DNA of 63,997 bases, the filler included, from Perkinsus olseni (taxonomy: Eukaryota): assembly GCA_013115125.1 (NCBI GenBank). It is 10 parts of 10 records of this genome, joined end to end, with 100 filler letters (N's around TTAATTAATTAA, not from the genome) between each part and the next. Parts side by side here need not be neighbours in the genome. Positions count along the whole stretch, not along the records: positions 6,466 to 12,826 come from JABANN010001103.1; positions 12,927 to 19,276 come from JABANN010001104.1; positions 19,377 to 25,713 come from JABANN010001105.1; 7 more parts are not named here. One strand, given 5' to 3'. The notes under the pieces were generated by a model, which worked only from the letters and a program-made list of their open reading frames with translations, did not search any database and was not told where the DNA came from. Made by a program: the position numbers and the translations under genes. Positions within the stretch are counted from its first letter, which is position 1. Each line of letters begins with the position of its first letter. Positions 11,999 through 24,890 of this stretch are shown here, piece after piece.

Positions 11999-12753
11999 GA
12001 CTCTTCTTTTAAAGCCGGGCAATCTCTCACGAAGTGATCCGCCGCACCACAGTTGAAGCACCCCTCCTGGAACTTCTTCTTAGGACATAGATAGATCGGA
12101 TGCCCTCCAGTGCACAAGGGGCACTTACGTAGGCGAGGAGCTCGACCACCTTTACCCTTGCCCTTACCAGGCATACCACCGCCACGAGGAGCACCAACCC
12201 TATCCAGCAGTTGCTGCATCAAAGCCATCATCGTAGCTGGACTAACCGTCGCTCCAGGCGCCGTCCCTTGTGCTTCCTGTTGTTCAGGACGTTGCTCACC
12301 AGGCGTAACCAGGCGTTGCAGCGCAGCTGCCATGGTCTGTTGAACCTCCAATTGCTTCTTCTGAAGTTCGGCGGTGCGCTCCGTCTCTGGTGGTCGATCA
12401 CCCGCTGAATATCCTACACCAGCCGCAGGCCTCGCATCGTTGGTGTTGGCCTCCACGTGCTTATCTTTATAATCCTCGAAGATAGCACAGACCTCAGCGG
12501 CAGTCTTAGGTTTCTTCTTGCGGAGGACGCTTCGTGCCGGACCAGGCGCGTTGGCGACCAGGCGATCAAGGATCATCTGCTGCTTGGTGGCCTCCGGGAG
12601 TCGGGCACCCTCACTCAGGCTAGAATCGTAGTCGCGCAACAGGCGCTGCAGGGTAGACCTGAAGGACCCAATGCTTGACTTGCCATCCCAGCGGACGGTG
12701 TTAAACCGTGTAAGCGCCTGATCGGACATCTGATGGTCGAACATGGCCAACAT
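11974..12753 (-). CDS. gag: Gag (C-terminal part) with two CCHC zinc knuckles
   Basis: CPLCTGGHPIYLC and CFNCGAADHFVRDC. The N-terminus is cut off by a foreign element at 12754. Confidence 0.88.
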   Translation of the reverse strand: MLAMFDHQMSDQALTRFNTVRWDGKSSIGSFRSTLQRLLRDYDSSLSEGARLPEATKQQMILDRLVANAPGPARSVLRKKKPKTAAEVCAIFEDYKDKHVEANTNDARPAAGVGYSAGDRPPETERTAELQKKQLEVQQTMAAALQRLVTPGEQRPEQQEAQGTAPGATVSPATMMALMQQLLDRVGAPRGGGMPGKGKGKGGRAPRLRKCPLCTGGHPIYLCPKKKFQEGCFNCGAADHFVRDCPALKEESGNAQGGR

Positions 12754-12826
12754 CAGGGTTATGTAATTCAGTGAAATCTCGCGGGCGAAATTTCAGAGTG
12801 AAATATTTCATGAAATTTCGCCAAAA
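12754..12826 (+). mobile_element. Probable DNA-transposon terminus (hAT-like CAGGG) inserted in gag
   Basis: Abrupt switch from GC-rich gag to CAGGGTTATG followed by four GAAAT subterminal motifs. The contig ends here. Confidence 0.55.
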
Positions 12827-12926
12827 NNNNNNNNNNNNNNNNNNNNNNNNNNNNNNNNNNNNNNNNNNNNTTAATTAATTAANNNNNNNNNNNNNNNNNN
12901 NNNNNNNNNNNNNNNNNNNNNNNNNN
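12827..12926. other. Artificial contig linker
   Basis: N44-TTAATTAATTAA-N44. Confidence 0.98.
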
Positions 12927-13684
12927 GTCACTTGTGATAAGTCTGTTACGGTTTACTTATCGCTAAGCAAGTCACGCGTCTAAGTTCATTCACGCGCACA
13001 ATATGAGATTGTTGGCCGTATCCATGGTTTGGTCGGTGGGAAGATTGAAGAAGGGCCTACGGCTGGTAGCTTGGTAATCCACGCTTTTTACGGTAATCTT
13101 ATTACTGGAACCGAGTACAACGGGTCCATAATTGGACAACGTTCTCAAGGTCAAATGTGAGCGCTTGGAAAAACTTGAATGCTTTGCTTCGGAAGATGAT
13201 TTGACTCCTATACAGAAGGATCAAATCAAGAGGAAGAAAGCGGAGCAGGACGCTTAGCGGAGCAGCGGCGTCACGCGACGCGTAAGGGTGAAGAAGCGGT
13301 GAGGCAGGAGCAGAAGAGGAAGTTACACAATTTTTGGAACGGCCATGGAGTTGAGGGTAATATGGAATCACGATTGTCTCGCTTTGTTCCATATCTGTGA
13401 TTGAACTGTAGTCGCACTCAGTATGGAATCAAGTACGTGTTGTATCAGGTGTGCACTGTCACTTTTGCGTGACGATGCAGAAAGAGATATAGGGGGAAGG
13501 CAAAGCTGCGCTTTACTAAGGAAGGGTGGGCACTTAAGGATTCAATACAGTTGAATGTAATAGATAATAATTATCTATTACAAATTATCTGATAATTTGA
13601 ACCTTCATACTCACTCTGGCGCGGCGCCGGTGGCGCCCAATCGATGGTGAGGCCATATACGCACTGTCTTCTACACGAGTACAC

Positions 13685-13791
13685 TAGTAGTAACCTGGAC
13701 TAATGGAGCAGCCGCTGCTGTGGCATGACTCACTATTGACAATAGTAGTAACCTGGACTGATGGAGCAGCCACTAATGTGGCATGACTCAC
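13685..13791. repeat. 58-bp-period tandem duplication
   Basis: tagtagtaacctggact.atggagcagcc.ct..tgtggcatgactcac occurs at 13685 and 13743. Confidence 0.85.
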
Positions 13792-14679
13792 ATGACTACA
13801 CGCTTTTGTTAGATTCCACAGCAGAGAAATTACGATAATTGAGAGGTTTTTCTGCTTTACTCTGCGGAAGCAGTCGCTGGCGGGGGGTACAGGTTTCTAA
13901 TGAAGCTGAGTATCGTGTATCGTTCATTCAGTCGCTCTCCTCAAATCGGTTGACAACCTCTAGGCTAACCTTGATCCGAGCAATACCAGCTTTGCGAGAA
14001 TACATTTGGCGGCGTGTATTAATGATCGGAAACTTCTCAACTTCCCTTGATTCCCATTGGTTAATGAATGGTTGAATGAATGTAATGGATGGTTGTGTCA
14101 TAGGGAGGAGTCTAATGGGTGGCCTTTGACAAGCGACCAATAATATTACTAGATGGCATCTAGTAGATGCGCTAGAACTTACTCTGCTCCGGGGCTGCTA
14201 CCCAGGTTGAATGCTGACCGATTACCGCGTGTCTGCCCTTTGACCGATTATCACCCCCCAAGACACATTCTGCTGCTCGTCGTGAGCCCAGGAGGCCGAT
14301 TCCTTATTCTGTTCAGGAAACCCCTACCGGCGGCGTTACCATGAGGTTGTACTAGGACGACTTACTATACGATGTTGTACTAGGTCGATAACTCACTGCA
14401 CTGCGATTAACAGTTAGCATAGGGCTCGAGCAGTAGTGCTATCCTCCTATAGAGGTTATGGTCAGTATTCTGCTCATTGAGGAGAGCCTAAGCCTTAATA
14501 TCTCGTACTACGATGAACTCTTCATCACTTACGCCGCGCATAACCTGGGATATGTGTATATTCGAAAACTCAGCCTCGGCCTCAACAGTTGAGGCTCGAC
14601 TGAGCATGGAAGAGGCGAACTGTTATCTGATATATACGAAATCAACGATTCTCAATCGGTGATCACTATTTGGATATCT

Positions 14680-15461
14680 TCACTTGATTGCCTTACTGGT
14701 CGTCTAACTTGGGCAAATCAGATTGCGCTTATGTACAGTTCTGAGCCAAGCCCGCTTGATATGCCGGGCTCATAGGCTGCTATGCAATATTCTGCTTAGC
14801 AATGTTCTGCTCTGGTTGGAACGGCTTGAGGCTCAAGCCTTGAGCTTTCACAAAAACCTGCTATAGGCTATTGCTTCAACCACAGCATCGCGGTGGGTGG
14901 GTTGGGTGGCTCTTGATCCTTAGCCTGAGCCGCTCACGAGCTGTAGTTGAAGCGGGATAATAAAGATATTGGTGTGGGACCCAGTACTGCTAAAATCGAG
15001 CACTATGAGAAAAAAGCATCAGGCTAGGCTGCGATATGCCCCTGCAATATGTTCGAAAACAACAATAAAAGAGAAAAAGGAAAAATATGTAACATTGTAA
15101 ATAGAATGTGTTTGCATGCGATACCGTTATGATTAATGGAGAAAACCCAGCTATGTCTCACGTGGCTGGGTCGCCTATCTATTCATTGTGTTTTGGTTTG
15201 CCCCGCCAAGAAGTTCTTGGCAAGAACCTTTCTCTGGTTTGGAGTAGCCTATATTCATCTTCAACACGCGAAGCCGGCTTGCATGAAAGATACTACAGTA
15301 TCATAGTATTACTACGAGAGGGTCGCGTTTGCCAATTAGCACTCTACAACTGTGGTGATAACTCGACCGATTTGCCCACGAGAAACTCATTTACGATACT
15401 CTTTCTTGAGGTACAGCAAGTGATCGCGGACTTCTGCCATATCCTTCAAGGATCTGGTTAA
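14680..15461 (+). pseudogene. Possible highly decayed Ty1/Copia RT-RNase H relic
   Basis: Fragments LTGRLTWANQIALMYS and LREGRVCQLALYNCGDNSTDLPTR resemble the Copia LIGKLxW and NxADxxTK motifs. Many stops; motif resemblance only. Confidence 0.3.
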
Positions 15462-15666
15462 CTGAAACACGAATGCACAATCCGAAATTCAACACTGACA
15501 ACCACTAACTTACACATTTGTATTCTTCGCTATTTTTCTTCATGCCCGGGAAGGTTGCGAGTACTTCCCTCAGCCCAAGACGGTACTCATTTCGAGCAAA
15601 CAGTTGTTTCAACTGAAAACAACAAACCGTACTGAAGGAAAAGCAATACCGCCGTTACCTTGTCCT

Positions 15667-18652
15667 TCATCTCATCCTGTTTGGAAGGTTTGGCCTTGAT
15701 GGCTGAAGGGTAAAAATGGATACCAAAGCAGCAGAGCGAGGAAACTTACGGGCGGCTGCAGCCCCACCGGCGGCATCCTTGCGAGCCTTCTCATCCGTCT
15801 GGCCAGCATCGTCATCGAGCTCATCAGGGTCAACACCAGTTTGTAGCAACTCGTCATCCAATGCTGCCTGAGGGGTAGAGAAGGTGGAGGGCATCGACAG
15901 GAACCGGGAAGGAGGATGAAGAAAGTACATCTGCCAGGCCTTCCTTCCTGACTTCCTCTTTGTTCCTTTCCTTTTCCATTATACCTGTCGGAGCGCAGCA
16001 GTCCAAGCCAGGAAACGACTCGAAAATATGCCTACTCGTGATAGCCTTGCCAAGCAAGGTTGACTGCTCATCCTCACTCTCGCTCGAGCTGGAAGATTCA
16101 TCATCAGAATCCCTGCCAGTCCTTGCCTGTTAGCAGAGTCAACGCTTTGTGAAGACACGAGCAGCCCTCGTCAACCAACATACTTCTTTCAGCTTCTCCT
16201 TTTCCTTATCAACTGTCCCTGTTGTCTCTATCTGGACTTCATTGCCAGCATCAGGGTCATCCAGCAGCTCATCATCATCACCTAATAATGTGCCCTCGCC
16301 TGAGATATTCGAAAACCTCGAACCTACTGAAATCCTCATTGCCCTCCCACTCGTCATCATGCTTCACGGCGTACAGCTTCCCCACACTCAGACTAGAGCT
16401 GGGCACCTGTACACTGATTGAACAACCCTGACCACTGAACAGGTCCTACCTCCTTAGCTTCGAGGTCATGCCTCGCTGTCTTCGAGGCTCTCAGTTTTCG
16501 CTTTGCCTCCTTCCGAGCCGCCTCTGAGTGTAGAACGATACTGTTGAATATTACAGTGGCTCAATGGCTCACTCTCAGCATCATGTCCCTCCTCAGTTTC
16601 GCCTCCCTTTGCCTTCGCCTTCTTCAGTTCAATGGCCGCCCTCATACGTATGAACCTGCACCCTTCGTTCTGCCCCGTTGAGTCAGCCTCAAATACCTCT
16701 TCTCATCATTCTTGTCCGCTAGCCTCTGTTTCTTCATAACCTGCTCAGCAATCTCAGTCTCTGTCTCCTCCTTCACCTTTGATGACTTCACCGCTGCGCC
16801 ATCAGTACTAGCACTAGTAGAATCTACACGGACGGGTGACCGTGGGCCAGTAGCAAGTAGTGGCAGTACCAGTACCAGGAGCCGTAGCAGCGGTAGCGGG
16901 AGTCTCGTTCCTAGCCATTCGTAGCTCAACACCCGAGAGTGGTCGGAACTCTAGCCACCTAACAGAGCAAGGTAACGACTGTGCTAGCCAACGATGCCCT
17001 TTACTTCCGAACAGGTGCAACTCTGTAGACACCAGGATTGGCTGGATCAACACTTAGAGAGAACCAACAGGAGGTATCATTAGCAGTAGGCCGGCCGCAA
17101 TAGATGGCATTAGACCCTGACCACAGCAGCAGCCTCCTCACCAAGCCACCTTGTTCCCGCTCCCACCTTGAGAGGCCCCTCGCAGTGTCATTGAGTCCTC
17201 CTCATCGTATCGCGCCTAATCACCAGAAACGCTATCCTCGATTCCGTTGGTGCTTCCTACAGTTCTAATCTGTTCCTCCTTCTTCTTGAAAGCATTGAAA
17301 TTCTTCTTTTCGCCAATTTCTAGTTCCACTCTAACCTTCGTACGTTGGCTCGTGAGAGAAGCATCACTGCTCATATTACTGAAGCCACTAACACCACCCT
17401 CGGCCACATTTGAACCATCTGCCAGGACAGCAACGAGTCAGGCGAAGCTTCTGATGGGTACGAATAGATCTCCATCCCCGTTGTTATCTATGCAACAGAC
17501 CCAACTCCCAAACGCTGAGCCGGAGCGAGTGCGGGGGCGCCATGGACGGAGCTAATCTACATCATCAGCGAGCGAGTTATTTTCGAGACCTAGGGGAACT
17601 TCCAAGGACCCGGTAGTACCAAAGTTGGGAGGGAACTTGGCAACATCGACATCCATTCCACCACTGGCAGCATCCGTATCCACTATCCATCTTATCTCTG
17701 GCACTGCTGTTGCTGAAGGGGGGACAGAGGCCATGGTATCGGTAGCACTGGGACTTTCCGGGCACCTTTTGACTGGGGGACTGAACACAAAGCTCATAGA
17801 GGTTGGCAAGGAGTGCACACTAGTAGAAGAGACAATAATAACAGATAAATGCAGCCCGATAGGACTACGAGCAACAACAGCCATCAGCAAGCCTGCTCTG
17901 ATGGCTCTGAGTACAACACTCTTGCTGTCACCTTATACCTCGTACATTGGCAAGATGACTTGGGGCTCACCACGCAGTCGAGACCTGAGAGGTGTGGAGC
18001 TAGTGACTACGGGAGAGTGGTGTATACTACCGGAAGTAGTAGTAGAGGAAATCGCTGAGGATTAACAAGTTGAGGGTCTCGCTGGCCATCTGGACACCCC
18101 TGTTGTCCGGGTAGGCGTATTTGAAGACAAGCGGATAACTGAGTAGACAAGATAAACAGAGTGACAGCAAGAAAGGCAAGTACTACCTGAACCAGAATAC
18201 GAGGGTACATGCCCTGCTAGCAGCAGTGAGGACCACGAAGTTGGCCAGAGGGGCGGAGACAACCTTATGCTGTTGAAACATCCATAGTTGAGGGAATAAG
18301 GCCACTGCACAGAGTACCTGTTGACGGTAGTAGTGGCAACAAGAGTATCAATAACGGTAAGTATTACTTCGTAAAAGCAACAGAAGTATGACACATAAAA
18401 CGAGCTGTGACTTCGTCGTACGAGGTACCACAAGAACGCGAGTACCGCGGTAAAGAGGTAGATGAAGCCGAACCTGATGGCGGCGCTGGTCAGCGTTAAC
18501 CTCATTCTCAGACTCTTACTTAGTGACTGGCGTCGTAACCGGCAAGCCCATCCTTTCAAAAAATGCCTGGCCGAAGTTATCCTTCTTGGCCTCGTATGAG
18601 GGTTTGTAGCGAGTGGTGGTGTGGACCAGCACGTAGGTGCCAAAGGCGGCAT
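15667..18652 (-). pseudogene. Long intronless degenerate ORF, possibly retroelement ORF1/gag-like
   Basis: ORFs 17552..17890, 17216..17407 and 16814..17053 share one frame separated by isolated stops. Further charged low-complexity pieces continue to 15667. Confidence 0.45.
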
Positions 18653-19204
18653 TGAGGATCTATGGGTATCGCCAATCGTGGGGTAGCGAGGGTGCTGTTC
18701 TTATTACATCCATTAGCCCGTACAACCAGAATGGCAGGACTGTTGGCCGGAAGTGTAGCCCTAGAGGGTGACTTAGTAGATGCAGGCAGCGTGCTGCTGC
18801 CACACAGCCTAGGGTTTGGAATGACAGGCCGGCAGCCGAACGAGTTTTCTTAACCTAGAGATCGACTGTTATGATACAATAGCTACTACTTGTCACTACC
18901 TGATAGTACACGGCAGCGAAGGAGCCGAGCAGGGCAGCGTCAGCTCCCAGTATAAGGCTGTCAAGAAAGAGCGATGTAGTTGCCATATCGAAAACTTCGT
19001 TCCAGAACAATCTCCTCTGCGAGTGCCCCTCCTCAGTGTGTCCCAGGGTCCACTGATACCGTATTAGTACAGCGGTCGGGCGCTGCCTCGGCCTGCGAGC
19101 CTATAATATGAAGGAATACCCGAAGTTGTATTACGACTAACGTGCTCGAGTAAATTGTCATACGCGTAGTCAAAGCATGGGGACAGTACAGAAGAGGCGT
19201 CGAC

Positions 19205-19276
19205 GTACCTCCCGAATTTAACCAAACCCGAATTTTCCCGAACCCGAAGAGCGCGCCCATATAATCTATTAAACGG
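19205..19276 (+). repeat. CCCGAA-repeat segment at contig end, probable transposon subterminal region
   Basis: Four CCCGAA motifs within 40 bp, directly before the assembly break. Confidence 0.4.
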
Positions 19277-19376
19277 NNNNNNNNNNNNNNNNNNNNNNNN
19301 NNNNNNNNNNNNNNNNNNNNTTAATTAATTAANNNNNNNNNNNNNNNNNNNNNNNNNNNNNNNNNNNNNNNNNNNN
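19277..19376. other. Artificial contig linker
   Basis: N44-TTAATTAATTAA-N44. Confidence 0.98.
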
Positions 19377-19448
<72 letters not shown>

Positions 19449-19470
19449 TGATGATGATGATGATGATGAT
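19377..19470. repeat. (TAG)n(TGA)n microsatellite
   Basis: Perfect trinucleotide run at the contig start. Confidence 0.95.
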
Positions 19471-20517
19471 ATCTAGTAGCATCGTGAGCCCCCCTTGTTA
19501 TAGGTCCAGAACTATGTGAGAATAGCACTAAAGTATGCCCAGTCTGCGAGGAGCGTCCTGGCAACTTGATACTTATGCCTTGTGGCCACTTGGGGTTCTG
19601 TGGTGTATGTGTTGCTGGATTCAAGCTTAGGTGATCTTCAACAACACTGTCATCATCATAAGCACTCGTTGTATCATCATCATGGTAATCAGGTGCCCAT
19701 ACTGTCGGAGAGGGATATCTCGCATCCTTAGAGGTTATGATGTCCGCACGGACCAACCACCACAACCACCACTGCCACTGCCACTGCCACTGCCACTGCC
19801 TAATCCCTCAAGCTATGACCATTGATTGCCCTCAATGGCGTATCAAGTTATTATCAAGTGTATTAGTGTCGTAGTACTGGTTGAGCATCATTGCGGTGGC
19901 AATGTAGCTCGCCAGTACCGCAACTACCTCTCCTTTTGCTGCTTACATCGCTGTTGATTCAGATCGTATTGTCAATTGAATGTTGTTATTGTTCTTGTTG
20001 AGCTTCCCTCTTTCGTCCCCCGATGATGCTGCTGCATCACCTGCCTCAGGCTGTACTCTCCTGTAGTTACGTTTTTGTTACTAGATCATAGCCAAGGTCG
20101 TCGTCGTCATACTACCATAGTCCTCATATACCAATGCTTCACAACCGTATGCATACCAACTACGGTCGACGGAACATGGACATATACCATCATCATCATA
20201 ATACCACCGATGGATCAGCATCAGAGGGAAGGGGAGAACATCAGCATTCCCCCTCTGGAGGAGAAGAAGCATCCAGTGGATGGTCACTCAATGGTACTAC
20301 CTTATAGTTATTGGCGTCCTCTCTTTCTGGCCCTTCATCAGGCCGAGAGGACGCAGGGTCTTTGTCACCTTGCTCGGCCGATGCTGGTGGTGGTAGAGGT
20401 CATCACCGCGGTGAGAATCCTCACGATGGGTCCTCAGGTAGTAGTACTTATCAACCCTATCTTGTATTGTTGTCAGCCCTCGGTGTGTATACTTCAGATT
20501 ATAAAACCCAACAATGC

Positions 20518-21440
20518 ATGCCCCAATGCGTCGGCACCAGTCTGCCATCCTCAACACTCTCGGTTAAGCGTGACATATCCGGTGATTGGACGGCAGACAC
20601 TATAGCGACAACCACAGAGGGAAGAGAAGGAGACCATAGAGTTGGGGGAGAACGGGAGGCGAACGGAGATGATGATATTATCTGTGATGCCTGCCCTGGA
20701 TGTGAAGATGTACTACTTGCATAAGGATGATCGTCATATTACTGATGTTATATAATTCTGATGACCATAGTTATCGCCGTCATTAGGTATGCTCTGCTGC
20801 CGACACTACCTGCATCACCTGTAGACTGAAATTGGAGTCAGTGAATTCTCGCGGGAGTGGTATTGCTCATTGGTTATTTTGTCCCTCGGATCCTGTTCAC
20901 ACCCTCAGATGGCCATACCCCAACCCAACGAGGGTTTTCGATTAAAGGATTTGCTTTGAGAAGCGGGGCACCTCTGCAGGAGTTCACCACCTGTCAAGTG
21001 CAGCGGCATAATAGGGTGAATGATTGTTGGATTTGTGCTCACGGAAAAGTGTAAGTTTTCATTATTATCAACATCCATGTAGTGCTCCTCCTGCTCCTGT
21101 CCATACCTCAGGTACGATGTTAGTGAGTTCATGTTCGAGCATGCTGCGGGCATTCGCCCTTTAATGCAGCGTGCTGGTGGTGTTAAGGATGCCAGCATAG
21201 ATTATGATTTCCATTCATCGAAGAGTCGCCACAATGGTAATAATCACCTCCTACTCGTTCGGGTTCGGGTTTCCGGGGCAAGTCCTCTAGCATGCCCCTC
21301 CCTCGTCAGCACTATCACTGATATCCTTAGAATGGAGAAGACTGTGTATCGGTCGAGTTGTTCCCTGCCCTTTACGTGGCGACCCTTTTGGAGTCACCAA
21401 GACGTCCTCTTCTGACGGTGGCCGCTGCGGCATTATGTGA
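20518..21440 (+). CDS. Cytochrome b5-like heme-binding protein with N-terminal Cys cluster and C-terminal CaaX, 5 exons
   Basis: Exons 20518-20709, 20787-20859, 20909-21050, 21112-~21236 and 21331-21440 splice in frame through GT-AG introns. The product has FTTCQVQRHNRVNDCWICAHGKVYDVSEFMFEHAAG...AGGVKDASIDYDFHS...WRRLCIG (b5 fold, both His ligands) and ends CGIM*. Confidence 0.85.
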
Positions 21441-24400
21441 GGCATAAGAAGGTCAGCCCTCTACGTACCCACAGGCCATCCTCATTTGCTCAACATCCTT
21501 CAGATAGCCCACAGCCCGAGTCACCACTACTGGTCGTCGCTGCTTGTGATGATTATGATGCTGGTAGATTCTTCGTTTTTGCCACTAGTATCATCTTCAT
21601 CATCATCATCATCATTGGCAGCATGTTTTCCTCCTCCTCCTCCTCCTCCTCCTCCTCCTCAAACTAATGATCTGTATATCCACAATAATATTACTATCGT
21701 CGTCGATCGAGACGTAACTGTTGGTAGTCCTATGCGCCGCCGTTCAAGTAGGGCAGCCCCTCTCTCTGTGCTCTATAATATGGATTTCCTGCTATATGCT
21801 GCTGCTGCTGCTGTCGTTCACATCCAACACCTTGCACTGGATGATGCGATGATGAGGCTACGGTCCGCTCATCCCTCTTCGTTATCCACCGCCTGGTGCA
21901 CTCAACTGGCGATTGATCTCAGTTGGTAGAGCCTAGAGTTGTACCCCCTACTAGCCGATCACTGGGTCACAGTAATAGTTGCTATCCAATCACAGCAATG
22001 TATACACTCAACCATTGCTGTTGCTAACTTACTGCCGATGACGCCGAGCATATATCCTTGCTGATACCTTATTGTTGTGTTAGTCATCATTAGAGTGTCC
22101 ACTCGAAGTTCTGCTCGTGATGCGCTTATGGTAGAAAATGAAGGCAGTCTACCCTCTAGAGCGGTCTAATTATGACCTCCTACTGTACGGCAGTGGGCCT
22201 TGATGCGCTTCACGCCTGAACTAACTTACACAGCATCATTGGGCCATTGGAAAGGAAGAGTTACTTGGGATACTCATGGACTGATTGACAGCTGCGTTCA
22301 TCTGGAATTGGCCACTATTATCATCGGACCTCTCCGGCTCTGCGATTGGCAACTGATGTTAATTGATAGATTCTGTCTAACCGGCATGTTGTCATTCCGG
22401 TGGTACAGAAGCGCTTCTGACACACTAGTATCACTCCACTGCATTCGTGGCCTACGCAACGCCCTTCTCGGGCGTACCTCAAGCGTATCGGTATCCGTCA
22501 TGGGACTCTTCGGACTCACAACACGTTGTCGAGCTCATCAGGTCGATATTAAGTTAGCAATCTCCCCGAGTCCCTGAACGCGAATTGTCACGAGCTTCCT
22601 GAAACGTGTGAGTTGCTGCTGAAAGCATGGTCGTAAGACTTTCGCCGAGAATTCGTCGACGAATCAGGTAGGACGGCAGTTAGATGAGGAAGTAGTGTTA
22701 GCGATAGTCTTAGTTTTTGTTTTTGGCTGGGAGCACGACATCTCATACTGACCCTACAGGAGGGTCGTATAGCCCCCGCTGAGCCGGAAAGCGCTCCCAA
22801 TCGGTAAAGAGTATGCGTGAGTTACGTACAGTACCGACTGTTGCAAGCTTTCCTGAGATAAAATCACTCCCTCATCCAATCGCGCCGTTCCTTGGCCCCT
22901 CTAAGATTGAGGACCCGCCCCCTTTAGTGGTCCATTAACATGTCGTTCTCTCCTGTCGTACCTGGGTCTGCCTTTACAGCCGAAGACGACCAGCCGGTCG
23001 AGGACGAGCTTCATCGTAGTCGATTGACGTCCACGTCCTTCAGAAGCCAATGTTCCACGATCAGAGTAGCACATGAATACACTCGCCACGATACTATCGT
23101 GTCCTGGTTCATCGCTCCTCTGTAGGTCGAGCCTCTCGATAAAGAGTATAGTAGCGTTGAGGAGCTCCAACAGGGAGTGGTAGTGCTTTCCGCATTATCA
23201 TCAACATTCCTCTTCTTCATTGATACTATCAACTTGATAGGATGAACTTGAGGGGGTTAGGATAACCAAAGGGTTGAAGGGATTTACTAATGATGATATT
23301 GAAGCTGAGTAGTACTCAGCATACCACTCGTCTCTGAATTCCGGTTTCAAGGTACGTAGCAGTGGTCGTCAACCCAACATTAAGGACCAGGATCATCCCA
23401 GTTGCTGTTGCATTGTTCGCGTACTCACCAGCAGCATTTTTTTCATAGTCTGTTATCATCATTATCATCAGGTACTCTCTCTATTCCCTCGAGTTTTCAG
23501 AATGGTTCGACTCTACACCATACATTACCCAATGGCGCACAGCTGCCAATACTCTTTACAATTTATCATGGATTTATCACGTACCATCATAATTCCACTC
23601 TTCAATTTTAAGACAAGTTTCGTGCAGTATCATCATCAACCTTAGATGCTATCTAGTATTGCTATGTTAACACTCTGTATCATTCCTGCTCGCACCGTAT
23701 GCGGACTCCATTTCGAGGTAACCTTCAATGAAGGTCCTTCATATTGCTCCGCTGAGCGGAGTCCGCTCTGTTGTATCTTTTCCTGTCGTTATCACAACCA
23801 TCAGGTCATTACTCAAATATGGTTGAATACTGGTGTATGGATTAGCGTGCTGTTTGGCAACCGATGGAGGAGTACCAAAATATTCGGCTACGACCCCGCC
23901 GCGGTAGGCAACAGTACCACGCCTTGCTCCTTGCCATCACCATTATCATGCCGGGCAGCCGTTTGGTGAGGGGCTGGAGCAAGATAGCCGGCCATACCCC
24001 AGTGATGCCGATCTCCTCCTCTTGTTGAATGGAATTGTCACGTAGGCCCGCGGATCTTCTACTATCCGCTACTGCCGCTGCTACTCAGTACCCGCATCGC
24101 TCGGTATAGGTACTTGTGCGTGTGGACTCCCACCCGTGTGAAGTTATTGGTACCATTGGCTTTCACCGTCTGCCTATCGTAAGCGACCACACTATATCAG
24201 TATCACTCCTTCTATGAATCAATGCTTAGCTACAGTGGTACCGGCCTTATATGTGGAGGGCCGAACGATGAAAATCCTCTTTCACAATCAGTGATGCTCA
24301 TCCTGCTGGTATGCATGGTTATATCCGGTACTACAAGACATCCTCCTTGCCATCGTTGGTCTATTGGCGTAGGTAAGGTGAGCTTGGAGAAGAATGTCCG

Positions 24401-24823
24401 TCAAGAGTATGTTGCCTTCAACATCTCCGTCCGTAAAAGAAAGGTAATCATCGATACGCTCATCAGCAGCAATAGAGGTGGTCTGTATTCATCACCATTC
24501 TCAGCTGCTCGAGCATACAGTCAGGAAGTTCAATAATTCGGATGCTGGTGGTGGACCGACAACCAAATATGAGAAGGCATTCGCGGACATCAGATCAGCA
24601 CTCAACCTTCTGGAAGGCTTTAGCGGTAGTGTACCATCCGCCGCCCCCTGCTATCAAGTCGGTAGGCACCATAATCGTTATCAGGCTCAATCGTACACTC
24701 GGGTGATTTCGTTGATTCTGATAGCCGTGGTTTTCGGTCCAGTGACGTAGTAGAAGTTCATTCTCTCACTAGAGATACCCAACATAAGGAGCAGATAACA
24801 GGGGTGGGTGCCGACATTAAACG

Positions 24824-24824
<1 letters not shown>

Positions 24825-24878
<54 letters not shown>

Positions 24879-24890
24879 ACAACAACAAAT
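24825..24890. repeat. (CAT)n(CAA)n microsatellite
   Basis: Direct observation. Confidence 0.9.

Larger units (their letters stand above)
6522..12753 (-). mobile_element. Ty3/Gypsy LTR retrotransposon, defective and 5'-truncated
   Basis: gag - protease - RT - RNase H - integrase order (Gypsy type), followed by a PPT and a 3' LTR. Three frameshifts lie downstream of RNase H. Confidence 0.95.

Noticed and set aside
7127..12678. Numerous plus-strand ORFs over the retrotransposon
   Set aside because: These are antisense shadows of GC-rich coding sequence with no recognisable motifs.
13606..13670. U1 snRNA-like start (ATACTCACTCTGGC...GGTGAGGC...GCACT)
   Set aside because: The 5' splice-site pairing sequence is mismatched, and there is no U1-70K loop or Sm site at the expected positions.
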